Part shown: positions 1 to 14,374 of the stretch, one piece after another
Layout of the letters: the number at the start of each line of letters is the position of its first letter
How positions within the stretch are numbered: the first letter of the stretch is position 1
Source: Octopus sinensis
Taxonomy: Eukaryota
NCBI RefSeq assembly: GCF_006345805.1
Contig: NC_043009.1
Location: forward strand, 32,798,001-32,862,000
Reading direction: 5' to 3'
Length of the DNA: 64,000 nucleotides
The notes under the pieces: model-generated
What the model was told of the DNA's origin: nothing
The model's input: the letters and a program-made list of their open reading frames with translations, nothing else
Database searches by the model: none
Made by a program: the position numbers and the translations under genes

Positions 1-46
1 AATATTATTTGCTAAACAAAATTCGAAACCATGGTATAACCGTTAT

Positions 47-231
47 GTTAGTTAGTTAGTTAGTTAGTTAATTTTGCCTCAAAAGCAAATAGCAAGGCCA
101 TGTAGGGGGACATGGAGTTAAGTACAGGGTGGTGTTCATGTAAAGAGTTCAGGCCACTTGAGGTCAAGGGAGACTTTGAACAAAGCGGTCGTCGGATTCT
201 TCACCATCTCGTCTGGCAGCTTGTTTCACGG
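47..231 (-). mobile_element. 3' end of a CR1-like LINE with (TAAC)n tail, inserted into one copy of a local duplication
   Basis: Minus strand reads ...NKLPDEMVKNPTTALFKV..., resembling the CR1 ORF2 C-terminus (WNxLPxEVV...FKxxLD). A short UTR and a (TAAC)n tail follow (gttagttagttag at 47-69 on +). Confidence 0.7.
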
Positions 232-416
232 TATTTTTCATTTACTTCGAAATTTGCAATAAAATTGTGTTTTCTTTGGCCGTGTTGGCTGCTATTTCTA
301 GCATGTAAAAAATACCTGTTAAAGTGTAATTTTCTATTTTGAAGTACGAATATGTTGTCTATTGACTTTTTATAGATGCTAGGCCACTGGCGGTGATATT
401 TATACGAGTATTCGCC

Positions 417-422
<6 letters not shown>
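232..422. mobile_element. Probable DNA-transposon end, copy 1 of a diverged local duplication
   Basis: Similar to 835-1026. Both end in cgagtattcgccaccc-TA, whose reverse complement (TA-gggtggcgaatactcg) resembles a Tc1/mariner-type terminus next to TA. Confidence 0.4.
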
Positions 423-460
<38 letters not shown>

Positions 461-463
<3 letters not shown>

Positions 464-524
464 GGCGGTGCCCCAGCATGGCCACAGCTCATAAGCTGAA
501 ACTGGAATCAATCAATCAATCAAT
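461..524 (+). mobile_element. SINE 3' tail fragment with (ATCA)n end
   Basis: ggcggtgccccagcatggccacagctc...gctgaaact, the same motif as the SINE tails at 14341-14360 and 37278-37300, followed by (aatc)n. Confidence 0.6.
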
Positions 525-771
525 ATATATATATATATATGTGTACCTTATGAATATGTTCCTAGCATTCTCGAAGTTTCAGCTCGGCATTGTATCTATT
601 GCTGACTGTAAATGCGGCTGCGTGCGATATTTGAAAAATTATAGCATATAATGATGGGACACGTGTTATCTTGTCTCTGAATTATAAGTTAGTTGTTTAG
701 ACCGGTTACTGACGAGAATTCTCCTGGTAGATGAAATGGTCTTGCTAAATTATCTATTAAAAGATGGCAAG

Positions 772-1026
772 CAATATTGTTTGTAAAGAAATTCGAAACC
801 ACGGTATAACCGTTATATAACAAGGTAAAAGTTTATATTTTTCATTTACTTCGAAATTTACTATAAAATTGTGGTTTTTTGTCTGGGTTGGCTTCTATTT
901 CTAGCATGTAAAAATTACCTGTTAAAGGGTAATTTTCTATTTTGAAATACGAATATGTTGTCTATTGACTTTTTATAGATGCTTGGCCACTGGTGGCGAT
1001 ATTTATAACGAGTATTCGCCACCCTA
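772..1026. mobile_element. Probable DNA-transposon end, copy 2 of a diverged local duplication
   Basis: Matches 1-46 plus 232-422 (attcgaaacca(t/c)ggtataaccgttat ... tttttcatttacttcgaaattt ... cgagtattcgccacccta) with scattered substitutions. Confidence 0.4.
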
Positions 1027-1334
1027 TATATATTTTGTTTTGGAAGAAAAGAAAGGTAAAGAAACCGCTTACTAAAAATTAAAGCGAAAGCTTCAAAACA
1101 CCACCAATTCTACGATAAATACACACACGAGCAATGTAATGAATATTTTAAATTCCATCCTGAAGGTGGGTTTTTTTTAAAGCTTTTGCTTTGATTTTTA
1201 GTAAGCAGTATCTTTTTAGCAAGCGGTATCTTCTTTTTTTTTTCAAATATTTCATATTATACCTGTTTAGGTAGACGTCTTACTAGCCACCTCATTATTA
1301 CTGCTTTTAACAGTAATAATACTTCACATATTTA

Positions 1335-1380
<46 letters not shown>

Positions 1381-3680
1381 CAGATATATATATTATATAT
1401 ATATATATGTATATGTCTATGTATGTATGTATAACATATATATCTATGTATATATAAATAAATAGATTTTGATTAACCAATTGAGTAACGGTTTTGTTCT
1501 TTTTACATTCGGTGTTTCTAGCGTCTCCCTTGCTCCAGGATGTTACAGTAAGCTATGAACATGTGCAAGGTCTAGCTCTAATTCATTTGTATCTTTTTTT
1601 GTGAAGCATTTGATCTCACGCTGCTTAAGAATACTAGCCTGTAATGAACAACACACGATGATTGTTGCAGACCTCTCTTTCTATCTCTCCAAATGTCACA
1701 GCCTCGATGTTTATCTTAGTCAAAATTGAAGCGGCTCAGATGTTGTCTGTTTCTATTGCCAGTATGTAGCCACCCACAACAATTTGTAAAAGCCTAGTAG
1801 TTCGTGCTACTAGGTAATATTCGGCTAAGATTGGCAACGATATGTTTTTATTAATGAAAATATATGCAGTGTAACCTTAAAGAAGTACTAAATCTCTCGA
1901 TGTGAACTTGTTAAAATGATATAGTTAACACCTGAAATGTGAGAGACTTATGGAATGCATTAACGACCATCAAAATAGGATTTCATGTTCCTTAATAAAT
2001 AGGAAAATCGGTAGTGAGGAGGTTGCTTGTACGAATAACTGGAAGATAATTGAAGTAATTAGTGTTAATTGAATAGATGAGCGAATTTAATCTCTCGCTT
2101 AATTCCTGTCATTCAATTCGCCCAATCCTAAACCCCGTTTATCTATGTTTATATAAATCTGGTTGAATCAATCACTTTCATGATGCACGGAATCATGCCA
2201 ACATTTGCAGAAAGTGAATAATGCCATAATGGAAGATACTTATCATATCCGCACAAAGGCTTTATTGTTGCTGGGATTCCTTCATAGAAGAGGTTAACCT
2301 TTCTAAAGCGTCAGAGACTGTGAGGAGGTCATATTTAAAGTCTATACATAGTGTCAGAAGTCTTGGATAATTGCCAACAAATCGTAATGATAATTGCTAC
2401 AAAAGAATTCCATGAAACTGTTATTGAATATTAAGATATGCCCCTGAAAAAGACTTGCCGATAATAATGCCATCTATAAACAGCGAAGGAAATGGAATAT
2501 ATTTTTCCCTTTTTTATATATTGAAAATGTTTTCTAAAATAATGGTATATATGTGTTTCACGGCGTTGGAATTTGTTAGGATCAGGATAAAAATACACAA
2601 GTAAATATATTTGAATATGATACTGGATATTTATGATCACAAACCTCACTTTATCAACTCTATACTGAGTTGGAGAGAGTGATTTCTGCTTGAAATGTTG
2701 TAATTTATAGGCTAATAGATACTGTTTCCATCTGAAGATGATCACTATTGATAATTAAATGTCCGTTGATAATGCAGGGGCACTTCAAGAAGGAAAAGTA
2801 TGTGATACGGAATAATAAGCTTCGTAAGCGTGAGCCGTAGTGTAGGGGTTCGCGATAAAAAATAGGATAAGTGACTGCAGACATTTTTAAATGTTCATTT
2901 CACTGTGTAAATTATATGCTACGCATATTGAAGAGTGTTATACAATGTTATGATAGTATAAATTAAAAGACTGAGAATGAAATCTTAAATAAAATAGGTA
3001 TACAAATATGACAGATAAGATTGTTTCAGATCGTAATTGTTCTAAGTAAATTATAAGTCAAATAAGTTACAAAAAAAAGGATTCATCTTAATAACACTAC
3101 TCTATGCAGATTCTAACATATATATCGAAGATGTGTCATCTAAAATATTAAATATCTCCAACTTTCAGACGGCCTGGTTTTGTGCTAAGTTGAAGAAAAG
3201 GCTTTGATTTGGGAAAACTTCATTGCCAGATGTATTGAAACTTCTTCTGAACATTCCATGTCACTCTTTGTGCATAAGAAGATCAATGTTACTGTCATTA
3301 ACTTCCGGTGGAAGTCAGTACTTTGAGCTGCGTATCATCCTTGTAACAAATTCGCAGCTACATATCATCGACGGTCATCTGTTCAATGTACCTTCCACTG
3401 AGAAACAAACTTCTGGGAACATTCTACTTTGCTGGCCACTGTTATCGTGGTGGATAAGCGGCATTAGCAGATGTCACATGTCGGAGATATTCACGCACCA
3501 ACAGACAACGAAGACTAATCAATAATATTAATGTTGTTGGCAGGGACTGCCAAAATAAGATTTAAGATCTCTTAAAGAAAATGGGATGAGATTCCTGAAA
3601 AACGCATGGTGAGACGTTTCTCGGTTGTGGTCTTGCACGTGCAGGCACCTCAGGGTGATTCTTGATAGATAAATATGATA

Positions 3681-3983
<303 letters not shown>

Positions 3984-4659
3984 TATATATATATATATAT
4001 AGTAACAATCTTCTGCCGACAGTGTTTAGTTACGCGTCTATGTGATGACTATTGATGAATGTACCCCAATGTTGGCAATGAAATATTTCTTCGTAAAAGA
4101 CATACGTTTTTCTTCCATAGGGAAAGTCAATTGAATTCATGATGTAAACATGTTAACCAGACGTATATAAAGGTAGTCATGATACGTGCGACAGAGAATC
4201 CAAATCGTATATTGACAATCTGGGATACAATGTACAGCAGTGCACGGAAATGAACAGGAATTGAAGCATCAGACTAGGAAATGGGACCTCTTCAGTAACT
4301 GTTGAAGCTATTTGGAAAAGAAGCTGAGTTTGGAATAAAAGATGTTGAAATGACTATCATTAGTATTAGATAATATAGCAAGCAGAAGAGCACAAGCTGT
4401 CAGTGTAACATTTTGATCTACTCGTAACAAGACTTGCATTGAAATAACGCCTTGTCTTAATCGTGAGTTACTTTACATCATTTTACATATATCTGGTTAC
4501 TAACTTTTCTAGAGACAGTGTAATATCAGTTGTGATATACAAGGCGGCATATGTGTGTGCGTGGGTGCATGCGTGCTGCCTGTATGTATGTATGTATGTA
4601 TACATACATATATATATACACGCACATACATGCGAACATATCCGTATGTGTATGTATAA

Positions 4660-4692
<33 letters not shown>

Positions 4693-7600
4693 ATATATAT
4701 ATAATATATATATATATGTATGTATGTATGTATATGTATATGTATATATATATATATGTGTGTATGTATGTATGTATGTATGTATTACACAATATTTTAT
4801 ATTATCTTATGTTATATTTTATTCAATATTGGCAATTCTAAAATAACAGGTTCCTGTGCAATTTAAAGAATAGAAAAGTTGGAAAGGCAAAAATAAACGA
4901 AAGAATTATTTGGTTCTTGAAATATATTCACAATGTTGATTAGAAGAATCAATTTGAAATATTTGTTGTATTTCGAAAAGAAAACAAGTTTATTTGTTCT
5001 GAGAACTATATTCAAACAGTTTCAATGGCTGTAGTATGAATTCTAATTTCGTTACACAGAGACGGCGAAGCATGCTGTTTATCAGATTATATTTGTTTGA
5101 AACGAATTCAACAGTCTGTAAATGGAGTGCTATTCACTTTAGTATAAACAAAACCTTTGTAAAAGGTGTATTAACTTTTAAGGGAAGTTCTAGTAGAAAA
5201 CTGAAAACATGTATTGCTGTGTAGAGTTTTCGTTTTCAAATTCGCTTCATTTGCTTAATATCTGGCCTGTATAACTTTAGAGTTCATTGGAGCAAAATAG
5301 AGGTTACTTGACATTTTTTCGTTGCTGCTATGTCATAATTTTAAAATAATATTATGAAAATATCAAGCAAAATGACAAACAACATTGGGAAAAGATTTAA
5401 GATACTATTTTATGTAATAACTCTTTCCTTTTGTATCCCCAGCTCTGCTTTATGATTCCACAAAAAATGGGTAAATCATCGCTATCATTCCAAAATTTGT
5501 TATTCTTCAAATATGGCATTTTAAAACATGAAAACTCAAAATTTGTAATAGAAAATCACTCCACTCATAATTATAATGTTCTGTTTAAAATTCCTTAATG
5601 CTAAGAATTTGTTCAACATTTGTCCAATTTTGTATATATTCTTTTTGATAGTTTCTCATCCTCTTAATTCTCATTTTAGACGCATTCTTTAAAAATATGG
5701 TTAGAATATAATTTCAATCGTATATTTGTTTTATATTTTAATCGTATACTATTTTATATCTGTAATATAGGTTTGCGCATATTTTTGTTGTGATTATGTT
5801 ATTATGGTAGTGAAATTAGCTAAAGTTATATTTTCAACTGTAAAAACACGAAGAAAATATTACACATAAACATTTGCATTCATTTTGCATCAACGTCAAA
5901 ATCTGTCAAAGAATGTAATCGAAAAGCAAGTCATGTTTCCTATAAAACATAATATATTAATGCTTCAAACTCCACATACTTATTTTTCCCTTTCTTTTTT
6001 CATATTGCATTCATTTATAATAACTGGGCAAGTTCTTATAATAGTGGTCTATTGGCATATACTTTGGACGCAAAACAAAAAGTACATATAACATTTGGTG
6101 TGTGTATTTGATTGCTTCAAGTTTAGGGTCTTAAATATTATTCAACATAGAATATCGATTCCTTCAGCGAATAAATCACATTTACTTAGTTCATGTCTAT
6201 GTATATAAATGCAGTTTTTCAAGCTAAAATTACTGCGGAAATGCAGGCGATTGGTTTCAATAAGTGTATCACATACATTAATTCATATGTATACCAAAAT
6301 TATTGAATGCTATGAACAATACTTTTTCGCCATCAACTTTTTGAGCTTCTAAAATCTTTGTTTAAATACGTTTAATTACGACAGATTTCGATATATCCCA
6401 CTGTACGTTTACGCAACACGTATTCAATATTGTATATTCTGATATTAGAGCCGAAATTTACGTTTAAAAGCAAACATGGAAAGCTAGAATACATGTTGAA
6501 ATACATGTAGTTTTGAACTTTCATCTGGGAAGAGGTCTTCGATTTTAATTGACGTTATATTTACGGTTTATACTGAGAGATTGCCGCAATTTAACATCGA
6601 TGCAACCCTTTAGCCTATCTCTGCATAAAGATTCTTGAATTTGAAGCGTGTAGCGACTCGTGTTCTACATAACTTGCACAGTTTGAAGAAACTGATATTT
6701 GGTTTTGAATAAACATAAGATATTTATAACAAGGGAAAACCAGAATTCGTATTTGTTTTAATATGTGATACAGTTATTATTTCGTGTTCCTTCTTCTTGT
6801 AGGTCTAACATAATATTACGTTACGTTACGAAAGTTGTTTGATGACACTTTGTCTGAAAGAAATATAACAATTCTATGCCGTTATGTGTGAAACAATACC
6901 TAATAAACCCAATCAATTTATGAAGTTCTGTAAATTGTTGCATAAGCTAAAGCCTCAGACTTATTGACGAATATTTTGCTGTGTATATACATTTATATAT
7001 ATATACAACGAACGCGTCGTAAAACCATACCTCACGAATTTCTTTACGATGTGAAAAGAGAATAACTACCGTGCTATTTCAAATTGAAAACGTATACTCT
7101 GCCAATGAATCTTGGCTCAGCGAATGTTTCAGTAAATATAGAATCCTGTATTAGGTACAGATTAAATATCAAATATTTACTTTTAAGACCGACCTAAATT
7201 CCTATTTACTTTTATATATAACACACATATTTTCTATTCTTATGTATTAGCTTAAATTATATAACAGAATGTACAATTTCATGCAAATGTTTTTAAGAGA
7301 TCACTAGAATTGTTTTGAAGCATATTTAAAAATCTTATATAGATATACATTTCATTACTCGAAGTTATTCTTCATTGAGAAAAATATTAAAAATTTTGCT
7401 GTGTAAATTGTAAAACTGTTCTGAAGTCTTCTACTTTTTCATTAAATATTTTACATGGAGATGTAATAAGCATGAATTTGACACCTAAACTCTCATCAAA
7501 CAAAAAATCTCAATATAGAGAAAGGAGGGGAGCTTCTGTGTACTTACTTATATATACAATACTTCTATATTGTATGGATTTATATATAAATATATAAACC

Positions 7601-9991
7601 CGAGCCGAATGCTTGCAAGTTTTAACTCCACTAAATTCTCAACTCACTTTAGGTGGTGATGTTAAACGGGGCTGTACTTAACGTTTACCACTCTTGTAAA
7701 ATATGATTAGATTTCCGAACATAGAGATCCTGAACAAATACTAAGAGATACTATCTCTAAATTTGCAGTTAATCACCACTGTGGCACCATAATAAGGAAC
7801 GCATTTATCTCTGATATGGCACTGACGTTTCATTGTTTCACTGCTTAACACGTTTATCAATCATTATGATTTCACAGCCGTTAAAAAGAATATATATTTC
7901 CTAACTTATCTTGCCATAATTGATATGATAGTGACAATCACTGTCTTGCTTAACGTTTAGGTTCGTTTATTTCTGTGAGGTCTCTGGATACTCCTTATTT
8001 TATCATAGTTCACATAATATGGCTTTCATACTTGAGGCGACTCTACTTCACTTGAAATCAACATTTATGTTATTTAAAATGATTTTTCCTTTTCTTCCTT
8101 TTGCAGTTTTTTTCTAAATATTTACCGTAGTTTCTTCAATTTTCATGCAGATATTACCAGAATGCATTTCGAAATACAAGTATGCAAAAATGTGTTTTGT
8201 GTTTGGAAGCTTAAATTCTGTGTTTCTTTACACAAAGGAAAAAGTGGAGAATTTTCACCGATGTTTATGGCATGGCCTTGTAACCACAAACGCTTATGGT
8301 TCTTTAACTATGCATATAATATCGGGGGTTGCGTTGTATGCCTTGAGCCGAGCATAGGGCGGGGCTCGCCTCTTTTAGTGGGGAAATGAATGTTTTACCT
8401 TAAATTTCCAATACATTGCAGGATTGCTTCCTACTGTTTTAAGAAAGCAAATATATTCGTAAGAGGCGCTAAAAGCACATTTCTGGATTTATGTAAAAAG
8501 GTGTATTGTTTGTATCTACTTTTAAAAATATTTCTTGCTATCCTGGGAATATTTACCTTGGTAAGACAGAATTGTGTTCGCGTTAATTATAGACATTCAC
8601 TCCTTTTGCAAATTTCAGTTGCTTTTTGTGCAACTGTATCACCAAAAGTATCATTAAAACAACAACTACGACAATTGTTGCCGGGAAAATAGTGTCCATT
8701 CATATAATATATTACTGAGATGTCTTAAATACCTCAATACTGTTGCCATTCAATTTTAAGGATATTTAACTGTCCTCAACGATAGTAACTTTAGTAGATG
8801 TAGCCGAAAAGGAAAATGGCCTCCAGCAGATTGATGCCGGTGCAGTAAGTCCTTAGTCATTTAACAAAACTAAAATTAACTTCCGTTATGTATAAATAAA
8901 TTAAAGCATAATTTAGCTCTTTTACAATAGTAATTGAGCCTACAGCTGTTTAGGAGCGGTGTAATAGTCTTTACCCGTTTCCCAACCGTAAAATGGCTTT
9001 CAGCTGTTTGCTAACAGGGAAATAATGTTTAGCTGCTTCACTACAATGCTCGACTGTTTGAAATAATAGGAATGAAGCGGTTTCAGCAATCTGTAACAAT
9101 CTTATCAGAAAATCACCTGAACTTGTAATCTAGTGAGAAATAAAGTTTATAGACAATATCCTAAAGATGATAGAGAGTGTCATATTACACAATAGAGTTA
9201 CACATTAATCAAACGCCATTTTGGTTTTCTGCCAATTTTCAGAAATTCTTATGTTGTAATTCTAGTAAGATACTGTCAGTAAATATTCTCGACGAAATTC
9301 TATTCGATAAAGTTGCAGCCAGTGAAGGAAGCATTATCCTCGATAGACCTGTAAGAAATAGCAACCAAATATCACCCAAATCATCTTAAAGAAGGACTTA
9401 GCATCTTAAAGAAGGACTACCATATCACTAAATATAGTTCCAGGTATACTAACAAAACTGTATTTTATAGGTTGGAAAATCTTTGTTCTTTAAATTACGT
9501 TTACCTGGGGGTAAACTACATGAGCAATAACAGTCACCTGATTCAGTGCTCAGACCTAACCGTATGGGAAATACGTTCCAATACATTAATGGCACGCCAA
9601 AAACAATTATTTAAACAAGGAATCAGGGAACCCTTCATTGATTTTCACCTTCTGCTGGCCCAAGGCAGTAACTGGAAAGAGAACATTTTGGAATGCGGTT
9701 GACGGTGAAAAACCTCCGAAAATACACGGATTGGCGCACATAATGAAACACACTGACAAACATACACACACACATTCACACTCACACACACACTCAATGA
9801 ATACTGAAATGAACGGCAAAGGCGAAACAAAACTTGCTGATTTTCCATTTTCAAAGTTTTAAGTTTAGAGTTTAACTAGCCATTGATTTGATCAGTTCTG
9901 ACACTTGGGTATTCCTAATCCTACAACAAAAGCGGATGAAAAAAAGGTCTAAATAATGAGGGATTAGTTTCACATATTATATTATTACTTG

Positions 9992-10223
9992 AAGGCGGCG
10001 AGCTGGCAGAATCGTTAGCACGCTGGGCGAAATGATTAGCAGTATTTCGTCTGCCGCTACGTTCTGAGTTCAAATTCCGCCGAGGTCGACTTTGTTTTTC
10101 ATCCTTTCGGGGTCGATAAATTAAGTACCAATTATGCACTGGGGCCGATGTAATCGACTTAATCCGTTTGTCTGTCCTGGTTTGTCCCCTCTGTGTGTAG
10201 CCCCTTGTGGGCAGTAAAGAAAT
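9992..10223 (+). mobile_element. Full-length tRNA-derived SINE (family A, tail type 1) with 18-bp target-site duplication
   Basis: Head aaggcggcgagctggcagaatcgttagc, B-box-like gagttcaaattcc, tail ...gccccttgtgggcagtaaagaaat. atattatattattacttg occurs at 9974-9991 and 10224-10241. Homologous copies occur at 18298, 48838, 50969, 52895 and 62674. Confidence 0.9.
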
Positions 10224-10859
10224 ATATTATATTATTACTTGTGTATTTTCAATGTGAATTGAACCTTCTATTTCAGTCTTTACATCGTCATGAGATTCAC
10301 GTGAAAACCACATGTTCTGAATATTAGACAATTAAATCATGCGTTAAATCCACTTCTCCCTCCCTCGTTTCCTTTCTCTCTCTTTCTCCCTATCTATCTT
10401 ACCGTCTCTCCCACCCCGTATATACCTAAACACATTTAATCACCAACAAACTTTGTCACACAGCCAACATCAGAGAAAGTTAACACCTAATCCTTTCTGT
10501 CGCCAATTAACAGCAAATAGTATGTCCACACACTCGCGCGCGCACTTGCACACACACACATACACACATACATATATTATGTACATATCTGAGTGAGTGT
10601 ATAGATGTGTATGTATACGTTTATATATATGTGTATACATATATGTGTGTGTGTGTATGTATGTATGCATGTGTGTATGTTTGTGTGAGTGTGAATTTAT
10701 GCGCATTTGTGTCAGTGTACAGTGATTTCTGTATGTGGGTGACGCTAGCAAACAATTAGGTATGGTTTTGCAATCATAGTCAACACGTATAAGCCCCCCC
10801 CCATACACAGAAATACAGAAACATAAATAAAACCACATACACATATAAAACGTGCATAT

Positions 10860-10865
10860 GTGTAT

Positions 10866-10900
<35 letters not shown>

Positions 10901-10956
10901 CATGTTTATATATATATATATATATAGATACATATTACACACACACACATATATAC

Positions 10957-11030
<74 letters not shown>
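10860..11030. repeat. Compound (CA)n/(TA)n microsatellite
   Basis: Direct inspection. Confidence 0.95.
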
Positions 11031-11032
<2 letters not shown>

Positions 11033-11876
11033 CATGTATTATATTTTTGTTTGACTTTAAAACAATAATTAATTAGATTTTTTCCCCCAGAAAAACATAG
11101 CAACTGGCTAAGTGTAAATGCGGCAAATATAAAAACGAAAAATGTAAGAGAAAACATATTGGTAAATACATATGAAATGGTGTGTAAAAATTAACTACTC
11201 TATAAATTCATTTATGATTCTGCAATTAAACGAAAAACATGAAAGTGTTTCAAAGAATGAAACTGTTTGCGTACAGACTTAATCTAAAACGCAATACAGT
11301 TCTGTTAGTCATTATACCAATGTTGTTCAGATTATTCCGATAGAAACAAAGAGATTGAAACAAAGTGTAATATAATTATTAATAGACTTTTAACTGACCC
11401 TTGTAGCTACATGCATACAAATTCTTCTATATTAACAGTAGGTTTTTCGAGAACATTAAAGCCATTTTGGAAACATCAAAAACTTTGACTAATTTTATTA
11501 TTTCATATAAAAATATTGGTTGTAATGGACCGTAAACTGTAATAGAAACATCGACACCAGCAATGATAATAACGATAATAAACTTACTAATGATGATGAG
11601 GTTGATGATGATGATGAGTGTGAAGATGATGTAGGGCGGAAGGGGGATCATGATGATAATGATGACGTAGGTGGTGGTGGTGGCGGGGATGATAATGATG
11701 ATGAAGAGGAGCATGATGATGATGATAGTGATAGAGATGCTTTAAATGTATTTTAGATTTCGTGTCGGTATTATATTAAAACATGTTTACATAAGGCTAT
11801 TCATTGAACTAGAAATCTGTATCTGTGCGTGAACATATGTATGTGTGTGCAATATATTTGATTCAAGTTTTGTACC

Positions 11877-11915
<39 letters not shown>

Positions 11916-13029
11916 GCACTCACACTCATATCAGCGCACACGCCTAGTTATTGTTACATACTTACATACATATATTCATACTCGCATGTAAACGCATGTA
12001 CAGACATGCAATCAGACGTCGACTCGAAGATACATGTATTCATATCCTTATATATAATTAAGGAAAAATCGTTTATGCCAGTCACCCTCGTAATGAGTAT
12101 TTACTGGGACATGAAACAAGAACAAATGAACGGTGAACATAACTGGCTCCCTGATGAAACAATCTGTAAGTTTGCTGTAAACGCGTTGAAATGTGTTCTG
12201 TTCTAAATATTTCAAGTTCGACGGAGAATGCAGGACTCTTTATTGATTTCTTCCAATATGTTTGTGCTTGAACTTCCAGTAGTTTAAGTTTATTTTACAT
12301 TTCAGGTGGTTTAGTCTGTAGGGAATGCATTGACTGTGCCGTGTTACAGGACCTCCAAAATGTGGCCTGAGGGAGAAGAGTTTCCTCAGACCAACAACTG
12401 TGGCCTAATATTTGTAACAAAGTGAACTCAGAATGCAAAAAAAATCTTGGAAAATACCGCGAGATATCCAGCCTGATATTCTAATTTTTCTGCCAACTCA
12501 ATGACCGGGCGAAATAACAACCAAGTCTCTCTATAAACACCTTCAATAATTGAGCACGAGGACAGGGGCTTAAATAAATAACATGGAGCTAGAGGACGCT
12601 CCGAGGAAGAAAACCGATGACATGATCATACATGAAATGTTTTTGATCATAGTACTATTGAATCAGGCCCGAGCTGGAGCTTCATATCGCAACAAAACCA
12701 CAGGCCCATACAATCAACATACTGGAATTGTGACGTCCCTGATATCAGTCTTTGGAATTGTCGGTGTCATTGTTTAAAAGGTTTGCTAATTCATCTGCAT
12801 TTGTTGTCAATAGGGGAAAACTATCGCAAGTGGATGTATTTGACTTCATTATTTCCATGATATGACGTATTTGCCTAGGTCTGTACAAAGTCTTTTCTGT
12901 TTCATGAGAATAATTTGGAAATCTGAATTGTCTATTACTACACTAATGAGAACTAAATTGACTTGTAAATATGATAGAGCATTATTTCATACAGTCTACT
13001 GAATACTGGGAGGGGATGATATATTCAGG

Positions 13030-13370
13030 ATATACAGAGACAAAGACGTGAGCAACATAAGAGATGGAGAAAGTATGTTACGTAATATAAAAGGACACAG
13101 AAGAGAGAACTTCTGAAGATAAAAGAGATAAAAGAGAAGAAAGTAAAATATGAGATTAGAGGAAAAGGAAAAGAAAAGATCGTGAGAAAGGCGACAAGAG
13201 AAAAGAGCTGAGAAAAGTGATGTGAGAGAAAAAAGAAGAGAAAACACAAGAAAACAAATAAGAGGAATCAGAAAAGAGTAGACAAGACAAGGTCGACGGG
13301 AGAAAAATGAGAAAACAAGAGAGAAAAGATACGAGAGAAAGAATATAGAAAAAGAGAGGAAGAAAAACGC
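13030..13370 (+). repeat. Low-complexity purine (GA)-rich tract
   Basis: Near-continuous A/G runs. The overlapping Phe/Leu/Ser-rich minus ORFs are compositional artefacts. Confidence 0.8.
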
Positions 13371-13845
13371 ACCATCTCGACCCCTCCCCCGTGAAAAAAG
13401 AGTCCAGTATTTCGACTTAAGTTTGTGTATTTTCTTAAGTTAGACATAGCAGAAATAGATTGTTTCTGTCGCTTGCAAGTATCTGAAGCAAAGACCAGAT
13501 ATTCGTGATAGACTTCAGAATAATAAAGAAAACGAGGCAGGGGTGACAAATATGTAAATTCCATTTATTGCGAAACATTTTTTTGAAAAAGTAGAATGTA
13601 ATTGATTTCTGTCTTATTACACCTCAGCAGCGAAGTGTTATGTGACATTTGCCAATTCTGTAAGAATAGAAAAAAAAATAACGCATGTTAATAAAGAAAA
13701 AAAACATCGAGTATCAAGATATTGTAGAACATTCACAGACAGAAAAATTTGAAAGAAATAATATTGCAAGAAATAAAATAACTAATCTCAGGTTTATAAA
13801 GACATTTTACTAAATTAAATTACGCCCATTACAATGAGATAGATA

Positions 13846-14225
13846 CACTACGTGGCCAAACGTATCCGGACACCGACCTGATTATGAAGTACAAGTTTGG
13901 GCCATCAAGGAACACTGGCAGTCAATAGGGTGTTGTTCCACCTTTAGCTCTGATGACAGTCTCCACTATCGCAGGTATACTTTCAATCAGGTGGCGGAAG
14001 GTGGCACAGCCCCGAAATGAGCAAGAGTATCAATGTTGGTCGGTGTGGTCTAGCACGAAGTCGGCGTTCCAAAACATTCCAGAGATGTCCGGTGGTATTT
14101 AAATCAGAACTCTGCACAGGCCAGTCCATTAGCGGGACGTTGTTGTCAAACTACTCCCCTACAACCCAGTAGTATGGATGGGCGCTCGGTCGTGTTGACA
14201 GACACAACGGTCATCCACGATGCTG
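13846..14225 (-). mobile_element. Tc1-family DNA transposon remnant (one TIR plus transposase C-terminal pseudogene)
   Basis: TA|cactacgtggccaaacgtatccggacac terminus at 13844-13873. Minus strand encodes QHDRAPIHTT and LMDWPVQSSDLNTTGHLWNVLERRLRARP, matching the Tc1 motifs QQDNAPxH and WPAQSPDLNPIEHLW. Confidence 0.85.
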
Positions 14226-14230
14226 GTGAA

Positions 14231-14374
14231 TTTACGTCCCCATAACTTTGCGATTCGGCAAAAAGTGATCGATAGAATAAGTACCAGACTTAAAAGAAAA
14301 CAAATAATGGGGTCGATCCATCCGACTAAAAATTCTTCAAGGCGGTGCCCCAACTTGGCTGCATTCTACAACTG
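14231..14374 (+). mobile_element. SINE family B 3' half
   Basis: tttacgtccccataact...cggcaaaaagtgatcgatagaataagtacc...ggggtcgat...cgactaaaaattcttcaaggcggtgcccc, homologous to 18790-18950 and 37170-37310. Confidence 0.75.

Noticed and set aside
3190-3525. LINE endonuclease-like remnant (GDIHAPTDNED)
   Set aside because: A single weak motif among several stops, not enough to call a family.
8761-8850. Exon-like segment ending GCA|gtaagt
   Set aside because: From the nearest plausible acceptor, all three frames contain stops, and the acceptor is weak.
12147-12192. Hammerhead-like CTGATGA...gtaaacgcgtt
   Set aside because: The GAAA core is broken and stems I and II pair poorly. At most a decayed relic.
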